Positions 12,875 through 26,394 of a stretch of 64,000 nucleotides of DNA are shown here, one piece after another. Positions within the stretch are counted from its first letter, which is position 1, and each line of letters starts with the position of its first letter. This DNA comes from Amphiscolops sp. MND2022 (lineage: Eukaryota): assembly GCA_964187785.1 (NCBI GenBank), contig OZ076409.1, positions 36,458,001-36,522,000 of the forward strand, written 5' to 3'. A program made the position numbers and the translations under genes. The notes beneath the pieces are model-generated. The model was not told the DNA's origin and ran no database searches. It saw only the letters and a list, made by a program, of their open reading frames with translations.

Positions 12875-15639
12875 AGCTCACTGAGTCTTACAGATTTTAT
12901 TGCATAACTAGCACACGTATAAAAATTGTTCATGTTTAATAATAGCGTCTGTGCATGCAAAAAATGAGGTTTGTCTTGAACTACCCTAATGAAGCTAGCA
13001 AACCATCTAGTTGAATAGAAATTCTGATAAAACCTCGAGAATTAGCAATTGCATGAAATATTTAGCACAAATGAGTCAGTGAGACTCCCAAAATCATGCT
13101 AAAAGTTGGGTAGCCAAAATTGGCAGCCTAGAAGATCATATAAAAGTTTACAAGCAGTTTCAACAAGGGGTAAGTTGAAGTGAATTATAATACCTTGGCG
13201 TTTATTGGATCAGTGGTAATGAAACCAGAAGTGAAAACCGGTTACAGAGTTTTGACACGGCTCGATTAAAATGGACAATTTGGTACGTTAATGGCAATGT
13301 AAGAAAATTTGCGATGAATGATGCCAAAAATGAAAATACATGATATTAATATCTTCTTATCCGTTAACATTTTTTGTGAACTGTATTGAGAATTAATGAG
13401 GGATATACCAGGTGTCGTAGACAAATCGTGTTACATTTGTTTGTTCCTGAAATCGATTTCATTATCCACTTTTGATGGAAAATTATTTCCAGTCTACTCT
13501 TCTTCGGTTAGCACAGGAAATACAATACAATACCTGTGATCAAGGAATAGAACCTATTTGTGATAATAATATTTGGAACACTCCATTTTCTGCTATCATC
13601 TTGGAAAAACTATTAATTATCAACAAAAATGCGTTTCAAAAACAAAGGTATGTAAACTGGCAAAAATTCGAAATTTTTTGTATCCATCATTTTTTCTTGC
13701 AAAAACGTGGTTTTTGAGAATCTCGCAAAATTAGTAGACGTTCCAAACTTTTATTAGACGTTGTGTCAAACAGATGTTTCATTCTTTTTTACAGGACTTT
13801 TATGTATAGACATCTTGAAGAAAAGTATAGTGTAGTATATAGTGTATGCCGGTCTTTTCGAAACTGTTTAGATAAAGAAATATTCGGTTGTGAAATGCGC
13901 AATTGCTCAGTTCCGAGTTTCTGAATGTTTTTTTGCCATGTGTAGTAATCTCCGATGCAATTGATTTTTGAAAAGATTGCGTAGTTTTTATTAGTTCTGC
14001 TCAACCTCCTACTTCCATGAGGCTTGAAACTATACGAATAAGAAACCATTTGCTTCCTCGTTCTTCGAAGTAAGGTTCCAGTTGAAATAATAGAATTCTG
14101 AATTTTGTAGGTTCTATTCATAACTTAAAAAAGAAAATATTATTCTTTAAAACTTGTTTGAGACTCATAATTTTGAATTTGTCACCATTTTTAGACAATG
14201 TTTTTTTGAGACGTCAAAAAGCTCCCAAATTGATAAGCATTGACTTTTTATATCATAACGCTAATATCAAAGTAATAAAGTAGTGGAATATTATTGTTAG
14301 ATGGCGCACTTTTCCGATCTAGTACATATTTTGAAATCTTATTTATGGAGAACTAAAAACTAAAACTAACCTCAGTAGTTCAGCTGATCGTTAATGGAAG
14401 TATGATTCTATTTTTCCACAATATCATTATCTCTCATTTCCTCTTATGGCTGAGTTAGCATTTTAGAGACAATTATTTTCTCGAATCCTTCACTGAACGG
14501 TGAATAATTTGAAGGAGCGATTGCCCATATTCGGGTCGTTTAAAGCAATTAACTAAGTACCTGAGGTAGTTATATGAAAAGTAGGTGGTTGCTTACCTTG
14601 AAAAGAAGAGTTATTCAAATGGAAATAACTTAATTGGGTTTGTGGCCAGCTTTAATTAAGCAGTTTGAATCTGACAAAGCAGGGATTTTTGGCATTCAAA
14701 GAGGGGTTAGGCGGATAACCATGTCCTCGCAGTCTAAAGGTAAGCTGCTTTGCGGATACTATGTTTTCTCCGGTCCAAACCGTGTACAGTCCGCACAATG
14801 GCTATTTATTACTATTTATTATCAGAACCGGAAGAAATGACCATTTAGGGTTTATTCCAGTTGGGATGATTCAGTTTTTGAATGAATCCAACCAGACTCC
14901 AGGTATATGCATTTGTGGTGCTGTTTTTGTGTTGGGAGATATTTACAAGATGTGGCTATAAAATGGAAGCATTATTTGCTATATATAAAGTTGTGTATAT
15001 ATTATAATATACTATAATATAAACACACAACTTCCGCGATAAGTATAAGGTTGATTGTTGGATATGGGTGGGGGTATATATTGAACTGGACCAAAGAATG
15101 AAATTGTTGTCTAGGTGTAACCAACGATTTTTGCTTCTATTTTTTAATTTTCATGATGATGAAGTCAATGAAAAGTAAGAAAAAGTGGCAAATATCACTT
15201 GACTAACTAAACAAGACGACCGCTACAATTACGATGCCATCATACACCGCCGTCTGGGAAAGAGCCTCCTAACGCGCTCCCATATTGTGTCTAAACGTGG
15301 TTATATAGCTGCAGTCCCGACGTTCGTTGTTCAATTCAATGGATGGAGATGAAAAATAGAGGAGCAAAAATTGTGACCGGCTACCGCGATGGTTAGCTGT
15401 TCAGTTCCTGTGTTTCTCGTCTGTTCATGACTAAAGCTCAGTTGTTATTTTTCCACTGCTGATATTTCTGCCGCTGCTGCTGTATGATGAATTTTTCAGT
15501 CCTGTTCACTTGTTCATGCATCAATGTGCGTGTATATATTTTGTAGAAACAAGATTGATATTGCTCTTACTCAGTGTGTGTATATTATATCGGCACAGCC
15601 GACACCGTACTAGCTTTACAAGTATATACACACATATAT

Positions 15640-15870
15640 ACAAGACCTACTCGTCCCCTTCCCTTCTTTTTCCTTTTTCTTCATTCCCTCTAATTTTTGT
15701 CCCGGCTCCTCGTTTCTTTTCCACCTCATCCACATCACAAGTCTTAATTTTCCTTCCCGCCGAATTGCATACACCATCCTTGAGTACGCGTACGCGTAAT
15801 ACCGTCCAGTAGTACACATCTTGAATGTTCCAGCCCAGCGCCACTTTTTGGATGAATTATTTCGCACTGC
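15640..15870 (-). pseudogene. Possible highly decayed BEL/Pao LTR-retrotransposon integrase C-terminal remnant plus purine-rich tract
   Basis: Frameshifted reading resembles the W(P)LG-I-DV...DG(I/V)-R...K-DGVxN...K tail of BEL/Pao Pol and is followed by a purine-rich run. By-eye match only. Confidence 0.25.
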
Positions 15871-16869
15871 TCCAAACTGTTCCACTCAGTCACAGATTAT
15901 GCTCCTCATCAATTGTCTATTTTGTAAAATGTCTGTTGTCTCCCACGGTTTTCTCGAATAGCCGGCCATCTTTACCTTTTGCTTTTGACTCACGTGTCAC
16001 TTCAGAGGGCAGTCTGGCAAGCTTAGATAATAACACTCTAGTGCAAGGTGCTCGCTCTTGTCTTCAAAATCTAAAGATCATCTCGGGCCATTTTCATGGC
16101 TATCGATTTTACACTTCATTTCTGACAACTATAGATAACTCTAATTACCTCCATGTTGTTCCCGAATTAGCTTCTATTTTTGGTTCACCGTAGGTGCTCT
16201 CGCTTTTCGCAAGGGATTCGTTTCTTAGTTTTTTCCGGGAAGTTTTAGCTGATGTAGAAATTAAAAATTCATCGAGATTAATCCAATTTCGTTTTTGTTT
16301 TGCTTTTTTTTGCTGCTGAGTACATTATGAGGCGTTGCAACCGAATAAGCCAATAAGCCGAACTCAAAAAATTTCATTTGAACTTAGGCCAATTTACTCA
16401 GCCATTTTTGATTTAGCGCCCTTATGCAACATTTTCCACTTTTGAAATAGCGTTTTAGTACGCCGAGATCTTCAGCTGGATTCAAATACGAATGCGGAAC
16501 ATCATGTCCACTTATTAGTTGTATTATCTTCTGTTCAAGTAACAGAGTTTTTAGTCCACGATTTTTCAACATATCTCTTCCTAATTATGCTCAATGTTTT
16601 TGGTTTGCGAAAATGAAAGTGGTAGCTGGTTTTCGTAATAATATTTGCAATTAAAGTGGTAAAAACTAGAGTGGTAATAAATATAAAGAATCAAAGGCAC
16701 TGTGTAAACTGCTATGGTGAGTAATTGTGCGCTATATAATGAATTTAAAAAACACTGTATTATACCTTTTAAAAGTTCACCTAATAAAACGAAGTAAAAA
16801 TTATTGTAACTTTGTAAGAGGAACAGTGTAATTGAAATTGATGCAAATTTAAAAAGTAATAGACAAGAC

Positions 16870-18470
16870 AAAAAACTCCAGAAGTGATAAACGCTATTTG
16901 AATCGGTAGTTGCTCCAACATTTTTCCATTATCAGGAGAGTTGATTTCGGCTTTCATTTTTGTGAGATAGAAGTTTTTGATTTAGATTTTGGCAGTAGCA
17001 AAAAGACACTTTTTTGGGTATATTTTTGGCAGCGTGTTCCACAGGATTAGTTTTCTTGAAAAATTTGTTTCTCAGAAAATCAGACCTACAAAAGATACTG
17101 AAGTAAAGAGTCTCGGTTCTGGATTGTTTTCGTATTTTGCCAGTGTCCAGTTGTTAGTCTCCTAACGCCGGGATTAGGTTGTTTTCCATATCCAGAAGTA
17201 TCATGCTGTTTTGTTTTGAAGGAAGTATCGGATCGGATGTTTGATCTTGAAGATCTGACGATTGATCGTACTTTGTTCGATTGAAACACGCTTTTATTCC
17301 CCATTTCAGTTGTTTCTCTAAGGTCGTTTTGAGATTTTGAGTTGAACCATTCAATAAAATTGCCAGTCGGGTAGTGGAGATGACCGATTACGAGAGCATT
17401 CAGAAGCAGTAAACGAACATTTTCAGGAAGATAGTTTCTGATGGAATAAAGAGTTTTGATTCCGCATGCCATTTTCCGGAGTGTATGTTTAACTTCTTGA
17501 AATGTCAGATTTTGGTCCAGGTAGACACCCAAATATTTGATAGTGCTACTTGAGCGAATGATTTCATCTTTAACAATCAGATTGGTTTTTTTGTTTTCAT
17601 TGTTTTTGTTTGTGGTTTGGAAGGTAATAAATTCGGTTTTGTCTGCGTTCAAAGGCAGTTGATGTTTTTCAAAAAAATCACAAATTTTGTTACATTTAGT
17701 TCCAGTGATTCCACTACTGATTCATTTTTTTTACTTGAGGTAAAGACCATGGTATCATTCGTATTGCACAACGGTGCATTTGTGATCAATACAAGTATAC
17801 AAACTGTTCACGTATATGTTGAAGAGAAGAGGCCCTAAAACTCTACCCTGTGGAACACCTTGATATAATTGGATCCAATCATTGGTCCAATCCAATTGGA
17901 TCCAATCAACTGGGAAGTATCACTTTTCGGATTCTCATCTGAGGAAACTATTTATCATTGATACTGCGTTGCTATCAAAATTTGATTCTTCCAATTTTTG
18001 AGAAGGATGTCGTGTGATATTGAATCAAAAGCTTGCGAAAGATCTAGGAACGCAGCGCAAACAATATCTTTGTCGTTAACTTTCTTTCGTATGTTTTCTG
18101 TGGCATATAAGAGTGCGTCCGTAGTTGAGAATTTGTTGCGGAAACCAAATTGTGTATTGCTCAATTGATGCTGTGAGAGATATTCCCATATTTGTTCATG
18201 TAGAACTTTTTCGAACAATTTCGCTAATGCGGGAGTGATAACGATAGGCCAATGAATGCAATAGTTGAAAAACATAGTGGTTCAGCAATGATGTTTAAGC
18301 AGTTTTTCAAAGCCCATGCGGGTATGTTGGATGGCCCAATGGGTTTGTTGTTATTCAAAGTTTTTAGATGTTTCTTACATTCAATTAGACTAATAGGATG
18401 AAACATGAAAGGTGCGCTAGTTTTCGTTTCGTGTGAGTTTTCATTGTAGGCTTTTGTTTTCCTAAAAAGT
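16870..18470 (-). pseudogene. 5'-truncated, frameshifted non-LTR retrotransposon RT (CR1/L2-like group)
   Basis: Motifs across frames: GPSNIPAWALK, PALAKLFEKVL, QFGFRNKFSTTDAL, FLDLSQAFDSISHDILL, GVPQGRVLGPLLF (~17860-17820), damaged QYADD (~17765), NADKTEFITF, IKYLGVYLDQNLTF. Confidence 0.9.
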
Positions 18471-19429
18471 CTAGTTTTGAAAACCTATATTTGAATAAAT
18501 TAGCTATTTTTGTCTAGTGAGTGAATTAGCTATTTTTGTTTGGTATTCACATAAATGTATAGTTATTCCAGGTATGATATTATTGAACTTCAAATTAGAT
18601 TAGATGATTGTCAATATACAAAAAAAACATCAATTGGCAGTCATGTTTCATCTGAATTGAACGTGAAACTTTACCAAAGTAAGAAAACGTTTGGAAAGTT
18701 TTCTTTAATCTTAGTTTGTTGTTTCGTCCATTGTGGGAGCTATAGGATGCTGTTTTTAATTTTGTCTGTGTGATAAAGACCATTTCAAAGGCCATAGAGA
18801 ATGCCGGTAAAGGAAATGCAGTTTTGATAGGAAGAACTGCCAACATTATTATGTCGACATTCATCAATTAATTAACATTAAACTGCTGGGCAGTGTATAA
18901 TGGGTTTTCTTTTTATTTGATCGTGTGAAGTAGTTCGTGTTGAGAACAAGCATTATGGCCATAACCAAGAAACAGTGAACTGATGCTTTTTTACCATTTT
19001 ACTGGCCTCTTTCTTGAAATGGCCCATTGAAGAAAATTGTTAGTGTATAAAACTTGGAGTTAATCCGGTTTTGTTTGTAAAGATTATCTTCAATATTGGA
19101 AAAAATTCCAATACTTTTTGCCTCCACCGCGCTCGAAGCAAATAGTATGCATGAGGCTGGGGTTAAAATTCTTGATCCAATTACTTCAAAAATTGAAACT
19201 ACAAGAGAAAATTTTTATTGCAGAATTTAGTTGCCGCCATCGCGGTGTTGTGGTTGAATTTGCTACTTTGATTTAATCACTGAGAATAGCTAAAAATCCA
19301 AGCCTCCAAAGTGAAAATCTACTTATGGATAATTTAAAGAGGGTTCCCGGTGCGCCAGTTCGTTCCCCCTTTGGGTTTTTCGGGTACTATGCAGGAGAAT
19401 ACTTGACGCTTTAAAGCCATTTGCTATTT

Positions 19430-19884
19430 TTAGTCGTCGCTTTTCTAGTGAAAAGTGCCCGACGCTTACAGTGGCTAGTTTTTTTTCGTCAGACTACTCT
19501 GATTGGGCCACTTTTCTTACAATCGAAACTACTACCATAAGGCCAAGTCCAGTCAGCGGAAATTAGTGCAAAAGGGTCCCCCTTTCTTTTTTTTTTTACT
19601 TTTTTAACGTAACCTAAAAAACCGGACGAGACTAAAGGGTCGATTTTTTTCGGCATTGTGCGACTTTTTTCGAAAATTTTTTAATGTCTCAAAAGGCTCC
19701 CCTTTTCGAGTTTTTTGATATTTTGCAACAGAATATATGTTAATAAAGCCCAAATGGTCCCCCTTTTACATTTTTCGGCACTATGCAACATTTTCTGAAA
19801 GAAAAAAATTTAAAGTTTTTTCTTAAAAATCTTTCGCTCTTTTTGAGCCTTAGATATAGCGACTTCAGACGTTCCCGTCTTGCT
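19430..19884 (+). mobile_element. Helitron2-type element inserted into the 3' T-run of an older copy
   Basis: 5' ttagtcgtcgcttttctagtgaaaagtgcccgac, 3' gatatagcgacttcagacgttcccgtcttg. Host sequence is split as gctattttt | gatccttgagtgggacgccgg...ccggcttttt. Confidence 0.8.
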
Positions 19885-19999
19885 GATCCTTGAGTGGGAC
19901 GCCGGTTTATGCCGTTCCCGGCTTTTTTTGACAGCTCCAAAAGTGCGGCTTTTAATGGAAGGTATTTCATTCGAATTAATACGGTGTCTGTTTTGGATA

Positions 20000-20800
20000 A
20001 ACAAGCCGGGAACCGCTCAAGTCTGCGCCCCGCTCAAAGTTCACCAAAACTAATCGGAAAAAATTTTCGTTTACTTATGCAATCGTGTCGTTTTTTTTCT
20101 CCCGACCTTTCAATGAAAATTTCAATATTCTCAGAAACTGTCCATACGAGATTTTCATAAAATTTTGCACAGTCATTCTACACCCAAAGGGGCCCCTGCG
20201 TGCGCAATGGCATCAAAATCGTATGACTGGGATGTGAGAAACATAGCCAAAATTAGCCCAAAAATGGCCAAAAAAAAGTTTTCGACTTTTTTCGATTTCC
20301 TCAAAAACTCTCCAGGCGATTCGAACTAAATTTTCTGCAGTCATTCTACACCATATTAGAGTCCTATGTGTTCAATGGCATCAAAATCATATGACTGGGA
20401 TGTCAGAAATAGCCAAAATTAACCCAAAAATGGCCAAAAAATAATTATTCGACTTTTTTCGATTTTCTCGAAAACTCTCCAGGCGATTCGAACTAAATTT
20501 TCTACAGTCATTCTACATCATATTAGAGTCCTATGTGTGCAATGACATCAAAGTTGTATGGCTGGGGTGTGAGAAACATAGCCAAAATTAACCCAAACAT
20601 GGCCAAAAAACAGCCATTTTCTGACTTTTTTTTCGTTTTTCTCAACTGTCCGTACGATTCGAACTAAATGTTCTACAGTCATTCTACACCATAATACGAT
20701 GGTCCTATATGTGCAATGTCAATAAATTCGTACGACTGGGATTCGAGCGAGTCAGAAGGAAAAAGACCTAAGCTGACTCCTTTACCGCATATGCGTCTCT
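20000..20800 (-). mobile_element. Helitron2-type element (subfamily 2) containing a ~168-bp tandem array
   Basis: End motif aacaagccgggaaccgctcaagtctgcgccccgctcaa at 20000; agtcattctac recurs at 20171, 20339, 20506 and 20677. Confidence 0.7.
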
Positions 20801-21436
20801 GGTTCTACGCAGTTTACTATGCAGTTTTTCGAAACAATATCGGAAATGAGCCTCAAAGTGCCGAAAAAGGAGCTTTAAGCTAGGCAAGTGTTTTTTTCCG
20901 GCTTAAAACGTTTATGAAAGTGAAGGGAGTACCTTTTGATCAAAGTGAATCAAATCGCACAGTGCCGAAAAAACTGCTGATCATTTCCACAATTAATGAA
21001 AAAACTCCCAATCAGTTTCACAGGACCAAATAGATGATCACCGTTAAATATCGGAAAACGTTTTTTTTTCGCCAAAAAACCTCGAGAATCCACATATTGT
21101 GTGGAAAATTTTCTCGAAACTTCGGGAAAAAAGTCACATCGTGTCGAAAAAACTCCAATGGGGCTGGGTGCCCTTTTATCTCCCCTCTACTTTTGCAAGC
21201 ATAAACAGTTTTGATTTTAGTGTGAGACTCAAATTTTTTTTCGAAAAAACTTCTTTAGATCACACAGGGCTGAAAAACCCTCTAGGGCCCTCTAGTTCTC
21301 AAAAAGCTGTGATTCTGCTGAAAATTAAAGGGACCCTTCGGTCATTAAATTTCAGTGCCGAAGAAAAGTCGCATTGTGCCCAAAAAATCAAATGATGGAC
21401 CATTTGGTCTCCCTTCTATTTTTGTAATCATAATTT

Positions 21437-22391
21437 TTTGTCGGCGCTTTTCTAGTAAAAAGTGCCCGACACTTACAGTGGCTAGTTTTTAGTCGGCGCC
21501 TTTTCCCTTAAGGAAAAAAGCCCGACTCTTACAGTGAGTAGTTTTTTTTTTTTTTTTTGTTTTTTTCAGTTGACAATCTCACTCTGAGTGGTCCACTTTT
21601 CTTACAATTCTTACAATTTTCAAAATCTTACAATTATTACTTAGCAAAATTAAAATACTGGCGCAAAAGTAGTTTTTATATCATCTAAGGGTCCCCAAAG
21701 GGTATTTTCGGCACTGTGCGACTTTTTTTCGAAAAAATTTTTATTGTTCCAAAAGGGTCCCCCCTTCGAGTTTTTTCATATTTTGCAACTGAATGTATGT
21801 TAATACATCACAAAGGGTCCCCCCTTTTACATTTTTCGGCACTATGCGACTTTTTTTGAAAGAATTTTTTTTTCAAAAATTCATGTTTTTTTCCAAAAAA
21901 ATTTTTTTTGCGCTTTTTGAGCCTTAGATATGGCGCCGACTTTGGACGTTCTCGTCTTGTTTTTTTTCGTCAGACTACCATCTCACTCTGATTGGGCCAC
22001 ATTTCTTACAATCGAAACTACTAAAACTACTAGCATAAGGCCAAGTCCGGTCAGCGGAAATTAGTGCAAAAGGGTCCCCCCTTTCATATTTTACTATTTT
22101 ACCGTAGCCTACAAAACCGGACGAGACTAAAGGGTCCCCCCTTTCAATTTTTTTCGGCATTGTGCGACTTTTTCAAAAATTTTTCAATGTATCAAAAGAG
22201 TCCCCCTTTCGAGTTTTTTGATATTTTGCAACAGAATATATGTTGATGAAGCCCAAAGGGTCCCCCCTTTTACATTTTTCGGCACTATGCGACATTTTCT
22301 GAAAGAAAAAATTAAAAATGTTTTGGAAAAAATTTTTTTGCGCTTCTTGAGCTTTAGATATAGCGCCGACTTTAGACGTTCCCGTCTTGTT
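21437..22391 (+). mobile_element. Helitron2-type element with a second copy (21489-21962) nested in its T-run
   Basis: Outer 5' gtcggcgcttttctagtaaaaagtgcccgac. Removing the inner copy restores gtggctagtttt-tttcgtcagactac, as seen intact at ~19471. Both copies end in gacgtt(c/ct)cgtcttgtt. Confidence 0.85.
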
Positions 22392-22545
22392 GGTCCAGTG
22401 CAAAGGTACTTCTGTTTACCAGTCACTGTTACTCCCGCCATAACCACTAGGCCAAAAAGCATGAGCAAGTTCGTTACAAGTTACAGACTTTAAAGAAATG
22501 TATGTTTGCAGGTTCTTAGAAAGCCACTGCTATAGTCTGCGGTTT

Positions 22546-22883
22546 TTAGTCGGCGTTTTCGAAGACAGTGGCTAGTTTTTTTTCGTCAGTTCAACGCGAT
22601 CGGTCCACTTTTTTTGTTCTTTGCTTCAACTTCTTGGTCGACTAATTTTTTGGTGTCTGAGTAGCAGGAGAGCGTGGGTTTGATTCTCGCACTGAATCAC
22701 AAATTTGTTATGCTTCAAAAGTATAATGCAGACCAAAGGGTCACCCCTTTACGTTTTTTTCGGCACTATGCGACATTTTTTTATCAAATATTTTTTTTGA
22801 AAAAAAATTTTCCAAATGTTTTCAATTGTTGTTCCTTGAATATTTTTGAATATGAAGCCGACTTGGGCCGTTCCCGGCTTGTT
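22546..22883 (+). mobile_element. Short Helitron2-type element with tRNA-like B-box module
   Basis: 5' ttagtcggcgtttt, internal gagcgtgggtttgattctcgcac (~22670), 3' gccgacttgggccgttcccggcttgtt. Confidence 0.75.
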
Positions 22884-23508
22884 TTTGAAAGCGGTGCCTA
22901 GAAAACCAGAGCGAGAACCCTTCCCGAAAAAGTTGCGGTGTCGAAAAAAATCCAAAAGGGCTCCTTTTCGGCTCAAAAGACTTTATCTATCTAAAAACAT
23001 CAAAAAAAACAAAAGAGGAAGCAAAGAAGTTGCACAGTTCCGAAACTTACAGTCAAGCTTTTTTCAATCCGAATAAGGGTGACAAAATTGAATTGGTACA
23101 CCCTTTCAATCAATCTGAAATTCTTTGGAACTTTTGTAGAATTTTTAGGGTCAAATTGACCGGAAAAAAAAACGACGGAAAGCAACTAAAGAAGTCGAGT
23201 TTTACTTGACAAAGTGCCGACAATGAATGTCTGCAAACACGATCCAAGATGCTGAAATAGATTTCAGTCTTTCATTGAATCTTCGATGTTTTCTTAACGA
23301 TTGTATACTAAAAAGCTGAAGACAAGTTCACAAACTAGTACTGAATGAAATTTTTTAGGTTCACAGGAATCAGTGGTTTCAAGTACTTAACAGTTGCCTC
23401 TTTCCGTTTGGCAAGCGGTATAGTTTTTTGGTATGTGGAATTATAAATTAATGATTAATAATAAATTGAATGTAATTGAGTTCACTGTTTATAATTGAGT
23501 CATGTTAA

Positions 23509-24181
23509 CCCCAATTGACCTGGGCGTTTTTAAAAATTTTCAAAAAAAATTATTAAAAATTTTAAATCAATATCTCCACAACTACGCGTACCAGAGGTCC
23601 GAACTATAGCGCGTTGGAAACGTCCGGTACTGGGCTTTCATTATATAATAATAATTTAATTTATCTGCTGAGTAATATAGAACAATGTCAAGAAAAAAAA
23701 TACATGACAGAAATTCAACAGAAAAGACTTCCAAAGGCAAACGCCCGCTTGCTGAAGCCTTAATCCACGCAGACGAAATGAGTTGTGTCTATATATTTTT
23801 TTGTAAAATATTTTTTATTTTTTTTTAACTTTTGGACTTGTTTCTTGCATTGCAGACTAGCGAGAGAAAAAGAAAGCCGGATTTGCTGTGGAAGGATATG
23901 TGGTTGGTTTTTTCTATTGATCAAAGACTTTTGTGAAAACTGGATTTCGTCAAAAACTGAATTTTGGGAAAATATAACTATTTTTGTGCAAAAAAAAACA
24001 TTTTCTCAGCTTTGGAGACATATTCCCTTTTTCTAATGCTTGTGCCATTCAAATCAATCTAGGTACCAATTACTTGTTGAAAAAAACTGTGCTAGAGAAA
24101 ATGGGTTACTGGCAAAAGGAATCAGAATTTGGAAAAAAAAGGTAGGCTGCTTTAAAGCGCCACTAGCTAGGTTCATTAGGG
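23509..24181. mobile_element. Old piggyBac-like MITE
   Basis: TTAA|CCCcaattgacct ... aggttcattaGGG|TTAA: TTAA on both sides and degenerate CCC/GGG TIRs. Confidence 0.5.
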
Positions 24182-25412
24182 TTAAGCAACCTGAGAGTAA
24201 AATGTTTTCGATGAAAATTGTCATGTTTTTTGATACGATCGGAACTGCATTTTGGTTCGCAAATTTTTTAAAGCCAAACATGGTCTGCTTGCGGATGAAA
24301 ACCTCAAGTAGCAAATAAATTCCGTAGAACGCTTCATGGGCTTTTCTAGTTTTCGTTCGTGGCAAAAAATTCGAGTTTTTCATATATTTTATTTTTTGTG
24401 AAGTTATCAATAATTATACCAAAATCACATCCATAATCCATGGAGGATGTTCTGAAATTTTTGCGTTCACTAAAAATTAACTATATGAAGTAGTACTATA
24501 ATTCGAGTATGCATTTTAGTATTTGGTGCATTTTGGTATTTGGCGAGTTTGTACGTTTTCCACTTGTAAAGAAAAAACTATCAATTAGGAGTCAGAAGCT
24601 TTTTCTAAAAATGCCGGCAAGACCCTTCTAGTATAACAAGGAGTTTTGTGAACTGTATCAAGGATCCTCATGCCACTTAAAATATTTCTTCTTATTGAGC
24701 CCTTTCTTTGTCGGGGAATGTCACGCGTCTTTTTAGCGCTTATTTACATCTCAAGGTCAATTAGTGAAAAAAGACTAACCCATATCTGCTATTTCAGCAG
24801 TGGTTGGTAAATATCTACTTCTGTGCACTAGAGCAAGTAGGCAGTTTGTAACTGAACAAGTTGATGATGCCAATTTATGGCAGATGATTTTTGACGACGG
24901 TAAGTTCCACTGTGGCTGCTAAGACTTTCCCTAAAGCACGGCGATTTCCAGTATTGTAAAATTGAGGAGCTTACGGTGCTTTCAATGAATATTGCAGCTA
25001 GATGTTGCTTCAAGTATCAATCCCCGTTGCTTCGAAACCCAGGTAGCTGCAGATTCTGCATCTTTCAATTTTTTTGTCATTACTCGTTACAATTTTAATC
25101 AGTTTTTGATTCTCAAAAGAAGGAGGGTGTCGTCGTAAATTGCATTATGCTAATCATACCAAATCTGCACACGCTGCATCTTTAACAAGTATGGTTTTCT
25201 TTCAGTTTAAAGTCCATGGTTTCGAATGTGGGGCATGCTTTGGAATATATACTGAACGAAATTCAATCAATGTTGGTTATGGTGTAAACTATGGAATTTT
25301 GATGAACGATGAAGGTACGTAGAGTAGTGGTGTAATTAATAGTGTCAGTATCTCTTGCTGTAACAGAATTCAAAATGTTCTGGCAAAGAGCTCATTTGAT
25401 TGGACTGTCTTT

Positions 25413-26165
25413 TTAGTCGGCGCTTTTCTAGTGAAAAGAGCCCCACTATTACAGTGGCTAGTTTTCTTTTTTTCCGTCAGACTACAATTTCACTCTGATT
25501 GGGAAACTTTTCTTACAATCGAAACTACTAAAACTACTACCATAAGGCCAAGTCCGGTCAGCGGAAATTAGTGCAAAAGGGTCCCCCTTTCATTTTTTAA
25601 CTTTTTAAACGCAAACTTCAAAACCGGACGAGACTAAAGGGTGTCCCCTTTTCGATTTTTTTCGGCATTGTGCGACTTTTTTCGAAAATTTTTTAATGTC
25701 TCAAAAGAGTCCCCCTTTCAAGTTTTTTGATATTTTGCAACAGAATATATGTTAAAAAAAGCCCAAAAGGTCCCCCTTTTACATTTTTCGGCACTATGCG
25801 ACATTTTCTGAAAGAAAAAAATCAAAAATTTCAAGTTTTTTCGCTCTTTTTGAGCCTTAGATATAGCGACTTTAGACGTTCCCGTCTTGTTGATCCTTGA
25901 GTGGGACGCCGGTTTATGCCGTTCCCGGCTTTTTTTGACAGCTCCAAAAGTGCGGCTTTTAATGGAAGGTATTTCATTCGAATAAATACGGTGTCTGTTT
26001 TGGATAAACAAGCCGGGAACCGCTCAAGTCTGCGCCCCGCTCAAAGTTCGCCAAAACTAATCGGAAAAAATTTTCGTTTACTTATGCAATCGTGTCGTTT
26101 TTTTTCTCCCCACCTTTCAATGAAAATTTCAAATTTCTCAGAAACTGTCCATACGAGATTTTCAT
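25413..26165 (+). repeat. Duplicate of composite block 19430-20158 (Helitron2 copy + host 3' end + spacer + part of an opposite-strand copy)
   Basis: Colinear sequence; ORFs 19894..20160 and 25901..26173 are nearly identical; the left edge is the element's 5' terminus. Confidence 0.85.
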
Positions 26166-26394
26166 TTTCTTGAAAAACCAACCCAGTGCCATTGAACGTT
26201 ATCAATAAAACGACTATTTTTCGGAATCTGACTTTTTCTAACCGGAACGTCACCGAAGATGTGGTCCACTTTGCGCAGACAGATCTGAGTGTTCAAATGG
26301 AATCTTTTGCTTTTGATGCCTACCATCCACTAGGGTGAATAGATGACACAAGACAACCCCCAGCAATCATGGCTAAGTTTCCATACTTTGATTT

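Noticed and set aside
17868..17910. ttggatccaat palindromic micro-repeats inside the LINE, and small duplications at 6009-6042 and 1368-1470
   Set aside because: Ordinary local slippage or repair scars with no further structure.
19430..26165. The two ~730-bp direct repeats as LTRs of a retrotransposon
   Set aside because: No TG...CA ends, TSD, PBS/PPT or gag/pol between them; the repeats are composites of Helitron2-type ends.
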